A DNA stretch of 64,000 nucleotides from assembly GCA_965221775.1 (NCBI GenBank), contig CBDCSU010000004.1, positions 832,001 through 896,000 on the forward strand, written 5' to 3'. Origin of the DNA: Candidatus Latescibacterota bacterium. GTDB lineage: Bacteria; Latescibacterota; UBA2968; UBA8231. Positions 35,149-44,135 of this stretch are shown piece after piece (within the stretch, counting starts at the first letter, position 1; every line of letters begins with the position of its first letter). The notes below the pieces were generated by a model. That model was given only the letters and a program-made list of their open reading frames with translations, searched no databases and was not told the origin of the DNA. The position numbers were made by a program, and so were the translations under genes.

Positions 35149-37611
35149 GGGCACGGCCGCCGCCATCCCCGCCAGCCAGCCCCAGGCCGGCTGGAAGGCG
35201 ACGTCGAAGACCCAGGTCGCCAGGCCCCAGCCGCCGCCGAGGGCCAGGGCCAGTCCGGTGGCGGCGGCCAGGGCGCCGAGGGCGGCGTACTCCACCAGCA
35301 GGATGCGCCCCACCTGACGGCGGCTGGCGCCGAGGGTGCGCAGCAGGGCGCTCTCGCGCAGGCGCTGGAAGCGGCTCGCCGACACCGACGCGGCGAGCAC
35401 CACGAGACCGGTGGCGACGCTGAACAGCGCCATGAAGCGGACCACGGCGGCGACCCGGTCGAGGACCTTTTCGACGGTGCGCAGGATCAGGTCGAGATCG
35501 ATGGCCGAGACGTTGGGAAAGGCCCCGACCACCTCCCGCTGCAGGCGCGCCCGGGTCTCGATGTCGGCGCGGCTGACGAGCACGTGGAACTGGGGCGCCC
35601 GCTCGAGCACGCCCGTGGAGAACACGACCAGGAAGTTGGGCATGATCCGCTGCCAGTCGACCTCGCGCAGTCCGGAGACGATCACCGGCACGCGCACGCC
35701 CTGCACGTCGAAGACCAGCTCGTCGCCCACGGTCACGCCGAGGCGGGCGGCGACCCCCTGCTCGAGAGAGACGGTGCCCGCACCCCCCTCTGCGTCGGCC
35801 GCGGCCGCCGGGCCGGACGGCGCCGCCCCGTGGCGGCCGGACAGCAGCCGCTCGCTGTCGGTGAGGTGGTCGCGGTAGGTGGACCGGTACTCGCGGTGCA
35901 GGGCCCAGTTGCCGCGGCGCCCGCCCCTCTCATCGGCGATCTCGTCGACGCTGCGCCCCTTGACCTCGGCCAGGCGCATGGCCACCACCGGCACCTGCTG
36001 CAGCACCGGCATGCCCAGCCCCTCGACGAGTTCGGCCACCGCCTCGCGCTGATCGGTCTGGATGTCGAAGAGCACCATGTTCGGCTGATCGCCGCCGCCG
36101 AGGCGGGCCAGGTGGGAGAGGATCGAGCTCTGGGCGGTGTGCAGGGCGGCGACCAGGAAGACGCCCAGACCGAGGCTGACGAGCAGCAGCAGGGTCTGGT
36201 TGTGGGGCCGATGGAGGTTGGCCAGACCCTGGCGCCAGACGTAGCTCCAGCGCCGCGGGAAGAACCGGCGCGTGCCGGCGCGCAGGGCGAGGGCGGCCGC
36301 CGCCAGCAGCAGCAGGGCGGCGGCGGTGCCGCCGGTGAACATCAGGGCGTGGTCCACCCGCCCGGCCAGCAGCCGCGCCACCACGCAGGCGCCGGCGGCG
36401 GCCGCGGCCAGCACCAGCAGCCGCAGCAGGCGGTCGCCGGCGCGGGTGCCGGTCTCGTACGAGGCGCGCAGGGCGAGGAGGGGGCTGGCGCCGCGCACGG
36501 CCAGCAGCGGCCGGGCGGCGAACAGCACGGCGATGGCGGTGCCGATCCCCACGCCCTCGAGCAGGGGCCGCGGCGACAGGGCGGTCTCCACGGCGCCGGG
36601 CAGGAAGCCGGCCACCACCTGCGGCAGCAGGAGCATGACCCCCATCCCCGCCAGCGCCCCGGCCAGGGAGCCGGCCAGGCCCATGGCCCCGGCCTGCAGC
36701 AGGTAGACGGCCAGGGCCTGCCGGCTGCTGGCGCCCAAGGCCCGCAGCACGGCGACGGTCTCGAGCTTCTGCTCCACGTGGGCGTGGATGGCGCTGGCCA
36801 CGCCCACCGCCCCCAGGAGCAGGGCGATGAACCCGCCCAGGCCGAGGAAGGCGTCGAGGTTGCGGATGGTGCGGCCGAGGCGGCGCTGCCGGTCGGCGGC
36901 GGTGTCGGCGTCGAGGCCCGGGTCGGAGAGGCGAAGGCGCTCCTCCACGCCGCCGGCCAGGCCCCCCGCCGGGCGGCCGTCGTCGAAGGCGAAGTAGCGC
37001 TTGTGCTCGACGCGGCTGCCGTACCGGACCAGCCCGGTCTCGTCCAAATGCTCGAGGGGGATGAACACCGGCGGGCGCACGTCGCTGCGCACCGCCGTCT
37101 CCCCGGGGACGGAGAGGACGCGTCCGGCGATCCGGAACCGGCGCCGGCCGACCTGCACCGAGTCCCCCACCTCGGCGTCGAACTGCCGCATCACGCCGTC
37201 GTCGACCAGGGCCCCGCCGCCGGCGCCCAGGACGGCCCAGGCGCCGGGTGGGTCGGTGCGCACCCGGCCGTAGAACGGCCACTTCCCCTCCAGGGCGCGG
37301 ACCTCCACCAGGCGCGATCCGCCGGAGGCCGGCAGCAGCACCATCGAGTGGGTCTCCACCTGCCGCGCCTGGCGCCCGCCGAGGGAGTCGAAGACGGCCT
37401 CGGCCTCGCCGGAGAACGGCTGGCCGCTCTCGATCTCCAGGTCGGCGCCCAGCAGCTCCGCCGCCTGGCGGGCGACGCCCGCCTCCATGGCCAGGCTCAG
37501 GCCGCGCAGGGCGGTGAGGGCGGCAATGCCGATGGCGATGGCGGCGGTGTGGAACAACAGCCGGCGGCGGAATCCGCGGCTGTCGCGCCAGGCCATGCGC
37601 AGGGCCCACAC
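35065..37611 (-). CDS. ybbP: FtsX/MacB-like ABC permease, YbbP family
   Basis: MAWRDSR, LLGADL, duplicated FtsX domains (AVLRALGAS, ALLRTLGASR), LFDIQ; 848 aa. Confidence 0.88.
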   Translation of the reverse strand: MWALRMAWRDSRGFRRRLLFHTAAIAIGIAALTALRGLSLAMEAGVARQAAELLGADLEIESGQPFSGEAEAVFDSLGGRQARQVETHSMVLLPASGGSRLVEVRALEGKWPFYGRVRTDPPGAWAVLGAGGGALVDDGVMRQFDAEVGDSVQVGRRRFRIAGRVLSVPGETAVRSDVRPPVFIPLEHLDETGLVRYGSRVEHKRYFAFDDGRPAGGLAGGVEERLRLSDPGLDADTAADRQRRLGRTIRNLDAFLGLGGFIALLLGAVGVASAIHAHVEQKLETVAVLRALGASSRQALAVYLLQAGAMGLAGSLAGALAGMGVMLLLPQVVAGFLPGAVETALSPRPLLEGVGIGTAIAVLFAARPLLAVRGASPLLALRASYETGTRAGDRLLRLLVLAAAAAGACVVARLLAGRVDHALMFTGGTAAALLLLAAAALALRAGTRRFFPRRWSYVWRQGLANLHRPHNQTLLLLVSLGLGVFLVAALHTAQSSILSHLARLGGGDQPNMVLFDIQTDQREAVAELVEGLGMPVLQQVPVVAMRLAEVKGRSVDEIADERGGRRGNWALHREYRSTYRDHLTDSERLLSGRHGAAPSGPAAAADAEGGAGTVSLEQGVAARLGVTVGDELVFDVQGVRVPVIVSGLREVDWQRIMPNFLVVFSTGVLERAPQFHVLVSRADIETRARLQREVVGAFPNVSAIDLDLILRTVEKVLDRVAAVVRFMALFSVATGLVVLAASVSASRFQRLRESALLRTLGASRRQVGRILLVEYAALGALAAATGLALALGGGWGLATWVFDVAFQPAWGWLAGMAAAVPLLTVAFGVAGSRGVRSVPPLEVLRRAG

Positions 37612-37615
37612 GGGG

Positions 37616-38302
37616 TCAGCCGGCGGCCGTGTCGGCGGCCACGGCGCCGGCCCGCAGGCGGATGACGCGGCGGCAGCGCCCGGCCAGGTCGGTGTCGTGG
37701 GTGACCAGCACCAGGGTGGTGCCCGCCTCCTGGTTGAGCTCGAAGAGCAGGTCGGCCACGGCGGCGCCGGTGTCGGTGTCGAGGTTGCCCGTGGGCTCGT
37801 CGGCGAAGAGGATGCGCGGCCGATGGATGAAGGCCCGCGCCAGCCCGACGCGCTGCTGCTCGCCGCCCGAGAGCTGAACGGGGTAGTGGCCGAGGCGGTC
37901 GCCGAGGCCGACGCGGTCGAGCAACTCGGCGGCGCGCTCCCGGGCGCCGGGCTCGCCGCGCAGCTCCAGGGGCACGGCCACGTTCTCCACCGCGCTCAGG
38001 GTCGGAACCAGCTGGAAGGTCTGGAAGACGAAGCCGACGCGATCCCGCCGCAGGCGCGCGCGGGCGTCCTCATCGAGGCGGTCGAGGGGCTCGCCGTCGA
38101 GAACGACGCGGCCCTCCGTGGGCCGGTCGAGGCCGGCGCACAGACCGAGGAGGGTGGTCTTGCCGCTGCCCGAGGGCCCGACGACGGCGCAGGTGGTGCC
38201 CGCCGCGACCGAGAACGTGACGTCGCGCAGCACCGTCAGCTCGCGGCGGCCGCTGCGGTAAGTGCGGGTGAGACCGCTCACCTCGAGGACGGCGGCGCTC
38301 AT
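37616..38302 (-). CDS. ybbA: ABC transporter ATP-binding protein, YbbA/LolD family
   Basis: GPSGSGKTT, GFVFQTFQL, LSGGEQQR, FADEPTGNLD, VTHD. Confidence 0.9.
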   Translation of the reverse strand: MSAAVLEVSGLTRTYRSGRRELTVLRDVTFSVAAGTTCAVVGPSGSGKTTLLGLCAGLDRPTEGRVVLDGEPLDRLDEDARARLRRDRVGFVFQTFQLVPTLSAVENVAVPLELRGEPGARERAAELLDRVGLGDRLGHYPVQLSGGEQQRVGLARAFIHRPRILFADEPTGNLDTDTGAAVADLLFELNQEAGTTLVLVTHDTDLAGRCRRVIRLRAGAVAADTAAG

Positions 38303-39237
38303 CGCAGGCCCCGCCGGCGCAGCAGCTGGATCAGGCGTTCGGGCCGGTCGGTCATGATGCCGTCGACGCCTGTCTCGATCAGGCGTTCCATCTCCTCGTC
38401 GCGGTTGACGGTCCACACCTGCACGGGCAGGCCGCGGCGGCGGGCGCGCTCGACGAACCGTGGGGTCACCAGGTCGACGGGGCCGGCCGACTCGGGCACG
38501 TGGTAGGCGTCGAAGCCCGGCTCCACGAGGCCGTCGAGGCGCAGGGTGCGCAGGCCCCAGTCGACGGCGACCTCGCGGGCCGACGCCGAGGTGGCGACCT
38601 CCGGACAGGCCTCCCGAAAGGCGCTCAGGCTCCGGTGGCGGAAGGAGGCGACGATGGCCAGGGACTGCATCCCGTGGGACCGCAGCTCGCCGCACAGGCG
38701 TTGCGCCGCGTCCCCGTGGCCGCTCTTCAGCTCGATGAGCAGACGCCGCCCGGGGAAGGCGGCGAGGAACTCCCCGAGGGAGGGGATCCGCAGTCCCTTC
38801 TCCCGGTACGGGTGGGTGCGGCCGCCGTCCGGACTCCAGCGGTAGCCGGCGTCCAGGGCCTGCAGCCGGGCCAGAGTCAGCTGGTCGACGCGGCCCGTGT
38901 CCTCGGTGACGCGGTGCACGCGGCGGTCGTGGAACACCACGAGAGCGCCGTCGGCGCTGCGGCGCAGGTCCAGTTCGAGGATATCGGCGCCCAGGGAGTC
39001 GGCGTGGCGGAACAGGGGCAGGGTGCTCTCCGGGGCCGCGTCGGCGCCGCCCCGGTGGGCGATGACCTGCAGGCGGCCTTCGAGGCCGGCGAAGTAGGGA
39101 TGGACCGGCCGCGGCGCCGGCGGCACGAGGGCCAGCAGCGCCCACAGGCCGAGGACCGCGGCCACACCGATGGCCGCCTTGCGGCGACGGCTCACCTCCG
39201 GGGACCCCGGGAGGTTGGAGCCCTCACGATCGATCAC
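38299..39237 (-). CDS. Glycerophosphodiester phosphodiesterase, N-terminally membrane anchored
   Basis: IAHRGG, PEST, ELD, VFHD, IELK, VWTVN, GIMTDRP. Confidence 0.93.
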   Translation of the reverse strand: MIDREGSNLPGSPEVSRRRKAAIGVAAVLGLWALLALVPPAPRPVHPYFAGLEGRLQVIAHRGGADAAPESTLPLFRHADSLGADILELDLRRSADGALVVFHDRRVHRVTEDTGRVDQLTLARLQALDAGYRWSPDGGRTHPYREKGLRIPSLGEFLAAFPGRRLLIELKSGHGDAAQRLCGELRSHGMQSLAIVASFRHRSLSAFREACPEVATSASAREVAVDWGLRTLRLDGLVEPGFDAYHVPESAGPVDLVTPRFVERARRRGLPVQVWTVNRDEEMERLIETGVDGIMTDRPERLIQLLRRRGLR

Positions 39238-41092
39238 CTCCAGCGGCTCGGAGCGGTGCGGGCCCCTCCTGCGTCGACTCCTGCGCTCCGTACTGCAGCT
39301 GGTGCAGCCGGTGGTAGAGCCCGCCGCGGGCGAGCAGCTCGTCGTGGCGGCCGTGCTCGCGCACCTGTCCCCGGTGCAGCACCAGGATGGCGTCGGCGTT
39401 GCGCACCGTCGACAGCCGGTGGGCGATGACCAGGCTCGTGCGTCCGCGCATCATCCGCCCCACCGCCTCCTGGATCCACATCTCGGTCTCGGTGTCGATG
39501 TTGGCCGTGGCCTCGTCGAGGACCAGGACCTCGGGCCCGGCGGCCAGCACGCGGGCGAAGGAGAGGAGCTGGCGCTGCCCCGCCGACAGCGAGACGCCGC
39601 GCTCGCCAACGGCCTGGTCGTAGCCGTCGGGCAGGCGGTCGATGAAGCGGTCGGCGTTGGTGTCGCGGGCGGCCTGCACGACCCGCTCCCTCGGCACGGC
39701 CTCCCCTTCACTGCCGGCGCCGAGGGCGATGTTGTCGGCCAGGGTGCCCGCGAAGAGGAAGACGTCCTGGTGCACGAGGCCGATGCGGCGGCGCAGGTCG
39801 CGCACGTCCCAGTCCCTCACGTCGACGCCGTCGACGCGGACCTCGCCCCGCTGCACATCGTAGAACCGGCAGAGGAGGTTGACGAGGGTGCTCTTGCCGG
39901 CGCCGGTGGCCCCGACCACGGCCAGGCTCTGGCCGGGCTCGATGGCGAAGGTGACGCCGCGCAGGACCCACTCCTCCTCCCCCGGCGCGCCGTCGTAGGC
40001 GAACCAGACGTCGCGGAACTCGATGCGGCCGAGCATCGGGCTCGGACCCCGGTGGGCGCCGGTGGGCTCCTCTTCCGTGTCGAGCAGTTCGAAGAGGCGC
40101 TCCGACGAGGCCATCGCCGTCTGCAGGACCTGGAAGCCCTCGGCGATCGACCGCAGGGGCATGAAGAACCGGGGCACGTACTGGAGCATCGCCACCAGCA
40201 CGCCCCACTCCATCTCGCGGGACAGGACCTGTCCGGTGCCGTACCACAGGACGACGGCCAGCATCAGGCCCCCCGACAGCTCCATGACCGGGAAGTAGGC
40301 CGAGTGGTACACGGTGGCGGTGAGGCGGCTGCGGAGGTACTCGTCGTTGCTCTCCTCGAAGCGGCGAGAGCGCCGGTCCTGGGCGCCGAAGAGCTGCACC
40401 ACCTCCATGCCGGTGATCCCCTCCTGAAGGGACGCGGCGAAGTCGCCGAAGCGCGCCCGGGCCTCCTGGTAGCAGCGGTAGGTGCGGCGCTGCAGCAGGG
40501 CCGTGGCCAGGAAGGCGAGAGGCAGGCAGAGGCTGGTGATCAGGCCCAGGCCGGGGTCCATGTAGAAGATGAAGCCGAGGATGGCGGCCAGCGTGAAGAG
40601 GTCGCTCACCAGCGTCACCAGGCCGTCGGTGAACAACTCGTTGAGGGCGTCCACGTCGCTGGTGTTGCGCGCCATGAGCCGCCCCACGGGCGTGCGGTCG
40701 TAGAACCGCAGGGGCAGCCACTGCAGGCTGTGGAAGATCGCCCGGCGCAGGTCGCGCATCGCCCACTGGCCGATCATGTTCGTCGTCCAGCCCTGAACGT
40801 AGCCGAGGACGAACTGGAGCCCCAGCAGGGCCGCGTAGATCAGGACGATGGAGCCGAACCCCTCGGCATCGCCGGGCAGCAGGTAGTCGTCGACGCCGAT
40901 CTTGGTCAGGTAGGGTCCCGCCTGGCGGGCGCCGGCGGCGGCGAGGATGGCGGCCAGGCCCGCGAGCACCCAGAAGACGTAGGGCCGCAGCCAGCCCAGG
41001 AGTCGGAGGATCAGGCGGGTCTCCAGGCCGCGGGCCGTCTCCTCGTCCCCGAAGGGCGCCGCCGTCGGCAGGGCGGGGCCGCCGCGCATCAT
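39224..41092 (-). CDS. ABC exporter, permease-ATPase fusion (MdlB-like)
   Basis: TM domain plus GATGAGKST, LSAGQRQ, LDEATANID, IAHRLST. Confidence 0.92.
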   Translation of the reverse strand: MMRGGPALPTAAPFGDEETARGLETRLILRLLGWLRPYVFWVLAGLAAILAAAGARQAGPYLTKIGVDDYLLPGDAEGFGSIVLIYAALLGLQFVLGYVQGWTTNMIGQWAMRDLRRAIFHSLQWLPLRFYDRTPVGRLMARNTSDVDALNELFTDGLVTLVSDLFTLAAILGFIFYMDPGLGLITSLCLPLAFLATALLQRRTYRCYQEARARFGDFAASLQEGITGMEVVQLFGAQDRRSRRFEESNDEYLRSRLTATVYHSAYFPVMELSGGLMLAVVLWYGTGQVLSREMEWGVLVAMLQYVPRFFMPLRSIAEGFQVLQTAMASSERLFELLDTEEEPTGAHRGPSPMLGRIEFRDVWFAYDGAPGEEEWVLRGVTFAIEPGQSLAVVGATGAGKSTLVNLLCRFYDVQRGEVRVDGVDVRDWDVRDLRRRIGLVHQDVFLFAGTLADNIALGAGSEGEAVPRERVVQAARDTNADRFIDRLPDGYDQAVGERGVSLSAGQRQLLSFARVLAAGPEVLVLDEATANIDTETEMWIQEAVGRMMRGRTSLVIAHRLSTVRNADAILVLHRGQVREHGRHDELLARGGLYHRLHQLQYGAQESTQEGPAPLRAAGGDRS

Positions 41093-42843
41093 CACAGCTC
41101 GGTCAGCTCCCGGGCCAGGCTCTGGCGCCGGTGCATGCCGGCGTAAAGCCCGCCCCGCGCCACCAGCTCCTCGTGGGTGCCCGCCTCGGCGATGCGGCCC
41201 TCGTCGAGGACGACGATGCGGTCGGCGTCGCGCACGCTCGACAGGCGATGGGCGATGAGGATCGTCGTCCGCTGCCGCATCACCTCCCGCAGGTTGTCCA
41301 GGATGCCCTCCTCGGTGGCGGTGTCGACGCTGGCCAGGGCGTCGTCGAGTATGAGGATGCGCGGCTCCCGGGCCAGGGCCCGGGCCAGGGCGGTGCGCTG
41401 CCTCTGCCCCCCCGACAGGGTGACGCCGCGCTCGCCGACGACGGTCCCGAAGCCGTCGGGGAACTCCTCCGGGTCGAGCTGGGCCATGCCGGCTGCCCAC
41501 TCCACGGGGCCGGGGGCCCGGTCGAGGACGATGTTCTCCTCGATCGTCTCCGAGAACAGGAAGGGCTCCTGCGGCACGTAGCCGATGGCGGCGCGCAGGG
41601 TCGTCAGCGGGACCCGCTCCACGGGCACCCCGTCGATCAGCACCTCGCCCCGGTCTGCTTCAAGGAGGCGGGGGATCAGCCGCACCAGGGTCGACTTGCC
41701 CGAGCCCACGCGGCCGACGATGGCCAGGGTGCCGCCGGCCGGGACCCGCAGGCAGACCCCGTCCAGGGCCGGGCGGCCGTCGAAGGCGAGGTGAACGTCG
41801 CGCAGCTCGATCTCCCCTCTCAGTCCGTTGCGCCCCGGGGCGCGGCGGTCCTCGGGCGGGTGGCCGAGGACGGCGTTGATGCGGCCGAGGGAGGCGGCGG
41901 CGCGCTGGAACTCGTCGACCATGCGGCCCAGGAGGTACATGGGCCGGCTCATGCGGATCAGGTAGAGGTTGAAGGCGACGAAGGCGCCCAGGGTCAGGGT
42001 TCCGTCGATGACGCGCAGGCCGCCGAGCCACAGAACGACCAGCATGGAGGTTCCGTTCAGCAGTCCCGTGAAGGGAAGGAACAGACTGCGGAGATGGATG
42101 AGCCCCTGGTTGCGCTCCACGTACTCGTCGTTGAGGGACTCGAAGCGGCGGATCTCCCGGTCCTCGATGGCGCACGCCTTGACCACCCGCATGCCGCCGA
42201 GGTTCTCCTGGATGCGGGAGCTGATCGCCCCGAACTGGTCCTGCACCCTCCGGTAGCCGTTGCGGACCCGGCCGGAGACGAGACTGGCCGCCAGGGCCAG
42301 CACCGGCATCGGCGCCAGGGCCAGCAGGGCCAGCTGCCAGTCGATGAGGCTCATCAGGAGCAGGCTCATGACGAAGGTGAGCACCCCCATGAGGGTCATG
42401 CGGAAGGCGTGGTGCAGGAAACGCTGGATCGCCTCCACGTCGTTGGTGGCCCGGGCCATCAGGTCTCCGGCGCGGCGCTCGTGGAAGAACCGCAGCGGCA
42501 GCCGCAGGAGGTGCCTCACGTAGGCGCGCCGGATGTCGTGCTCCACGTGGCGGGAGACGCTGGTGAAGAACCAGCGCATGCCGAAGTTGACCCCCCAGCC
42601 CGCGATGGCCAGGGCGGCGATGGCCCAGGCGTAGGTCTGCACCTCGCCCAGGGCCGCGGCGAGGACGCCGGCGGACTCCCCGGCCCTGGTCGCCTCCTCG
42701 GCGCCCTCGATCGCCTCCTTCAGCAGCAGCGGCAGGACGAGGGTGATCGTCTGGGCCACCAGCAGCAGCCCCAGACCGAGGACGATCTGGCGGCCGTAGG
42801 GGCGCAGCCAGGGGCGGAAGAGTCGAAAGGGATCGATTCGCAA
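41092..42843 (-). CDS. ABC exporter, permease-ATPase fusion (MdlA-like)
   Basis: GDLMARATND, GRVGSGKST, LSGGQRQR, degenerate LDDALASVD. Confidence 0.92.
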   Translation of the reverse strand: MRIDPFRLFRPWLRPYGRQIVLGLGLLLVAQTITLVLPLLLKEAIEGAEEATRAGESAGVLAAALGEVQTYAWAIAALAIAGWGVNFGMRWFFTSVSRHVEHDIRRAYVRHLLRLPLRFFHERRAGDLMARATNDVEAIQRFLHHAFRMTLMGVLTFVMSLLLMSLIDWQLALLALAPMPVLALAASLVSGRVRNGYRRVQDQFGAISSRIQENLGGMRVVKACAIEDREIRRFESLNDEYVERNQGLIHLRSLFLPFTGLLNGTSMLVVLWLGGLRVIDGTLTLGAFVAFNLYLIRMSRPMYLLGRMVDEFQRAAASLGRINAVLGHPPEDRRAPGRNGLRGEIELRDVHLAFDGRPALDGVCLRVPAGGTLAIVGRVGSGKSTLVRLIPRLLEADRGEVLIDGVPVERVPLTTLRAAIGYVPQEPFLFSETIEENIVLDRAPGPVEWAAGMAQLDPEEFPDGFGTVVGERGVTLSGGQRQRTALARALAREPRILILDDALASVDTATEEGILDNLREVMRQRTTILIAHRLSSVRDADRIVVLDEGRIAEAGTHEELVARGGLYAGMHRRQSLARELTEL

Positions 42844-42857
42844 AGGGTGTTCCGGTA

Positions 42858-42873
42858 GACTGACCGGTCAGTC
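42858..42873. promoter_or_regulatory. Perfect 16-bp palindrome, candidate repressor operator for the ABC exporter operon
   Basis: GACTGACCGGTCAGTC, about 15 nt upstream of the MdlA-like start. Confidence 0.55.
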
Positions 42874-42933
42874 AGACAAGGTGGCCGCGCCGGCTCCGGC
42901 CGTCAATTCGCCGCCGCGGTGCGTTCACTGCGG

Positions 42934-43557
42934 TCATGCGGCAACGGCCGCATCGCTCGCGATGCGGCGCGCCAGCGGCAAGGCCCAGCCGGGCAGATCG
43001 CGGCCGTGGCGCAACAGATCGAGCTTCACCTCGTCGGGCAGACGGCTTCTCAAAGTCGCGAAAACCCGTCCATCCGCGGCCGCACGGGGGCCCAGCCACC
43101 GCAGCGCCTGAACCACTGGCGCGGCGGGTCTCCCCGCCCACTGCATGACCCTCGGGCCCGCGTGCCGGAACCGGACGGTTCTACCGTCGATCTCGAGCGT
43201 CCTCGAATGGCCGTCGGTCACGTAGCTGACCTGCGCCGGCACCGCGTTGGTCAGACCCAGTTGATTGGCAGCCACCAGGCCGTCTGGCATGACCCGCACA
43301 CCGTCCCGCCGCGCCAATGCCGCGATGGCGGCATCCAGCTCTGCGGGGGCGGGCCGATTCAGCACACTGCTGATCCGGGGCTTGTCGTAGAGGCCGTGGC
43401 CCGCACGGCGCAACTGTCCCGCCTTGACGAGACGGGACAGGGCCTGGTCCACGGCACCGCGGCTGCCGAGATCCAGAAAGTCCTTGGGGGTGCACACCCA
43501 CTCTCCGCCGTCGTGGGCGGACACCCTCTGCATGATCCTGTCGGCCATTGCGGTCAT
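42934..43557 (-). CDS. DUF6088 family protein (AbiEi-like type IV antitoxin / regulator)
   Basis: TPKDFLDLGSRGAVDQALSRL...GLYD, AANQLGLTNAVPA, YVTDG, VVQALRWLG. Confidence 0.88.
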   Translation of the reverse strand: MTAMADRIMQRVSAHDGGEWVCTPKDFLDLGSRGAVDQALSRLVKAGQLRRAGHGLYDKPRISSVLNRPAPAELDAAIAALARRDGVRVMPDGLVAANQLGLTNAVPAQVSYVTDGHSRTLEIDGRTVRFRHAGPRVMQWAGRPAAPVVQALRWLGPRAAADGRVFATLRSRLPDEVKLDLLRHGRDLPGWALPLARRIASDAAVAA

Positions 43558-43581
43558 CGGATTCTGTCGACCACCGCTCGC

Positions 43582-43911
43582 TCAAGCAGTCCGGCGAATT
43601 CGTCCCGATTGACGCCGTTTGCCTGCCGTGCTGGGCTCGTAGCGCCGTACGTCGATCTCTCCTGCGCGAGCACGCATCCGGGAGGCATCCCACCAGGCCT
43701 GCATCCTCAGCAGCATGTCCATGCTCACGTCGAAGGCCTTCTCGATGCGGAGGGCCATCTCCGCGGACAGGGCGGCGTTGCCATTCAGCAAGGCGGAGAG
43801 CGTCGCTCGGCGGACACCCAGAATCCCGGCGGCCTTCGTGACGTTGAGATCCAGTTCCTCGATGATCTCCGTGCGGATGAAGTCACCCGGATGGGAAGGG
43901 GTCATGTTCAC
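43582..43911 (-). CDS. higA: HigA family antitoxin
   Basis: PSHPGDFIR, VTKAAGILGVRRATLSALLNG, SAEMALRIEKAF, LRMQ; GGAGGA SD before GTG 43911. May instead start at ATG 43965 as a fusion. Confidence 0.9.
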   Translation of the reverse strand: MNMTPSHPGDFIRTEIIEELDLNVTKAAGILGVRRATLSALLNGNAALSAEMALRIEKAFDVSMDMLLRMQAWWDASRMRARAGEIDVRRYEPSTAGKRRQSGRIRRTA

Positions 43912-43965
43912 GTTGATTCCTCCAGGTTCAAGCGATCCTCGGTGGCGCACGGAGCGGATGATCAT
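43912..43965 (-). pseudogene. Internally deleted higB toxin remnant, in frame with higA
   Basis: ATG 43965 gives MIIRSVRHRG (HigB-like N-terminus), joined directly to cgc ttg aac ctg gag ga (RLNLE, resembling the HigB LxLEDYH end) in another frame. Confidence 0.6.
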
Positions 43966-43972
43966 GCCGGCA

Positions 43973-44001
43973 TGTGTACGGTGATGCCGTTCAGTCCGCA
44001 A
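43973..44001 (-). promoter_or_regulatory. Candidate higBA promoter with operator
   Basis: Minus strand TTGCGG, 17 nt, TACACA, 7 nt, ATG 43965; imperfect inverted repeat TGTACGG-N5-CCGTTCA at 43975-43993. Confidence 0.45.
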
Positions 44002-44135
44002 GCCCTCTTCCTGAGCCGCCGAGTCCGCTTGGCCCGACACCTGTCAACCGCTCCTCCGATTCCGGTGAGCGGATTGAGGAACGTATACTCCTTAGGAGTT
44101 CAGCGATGAAGAGGGTTGCCCCAGGAGACTCACCC

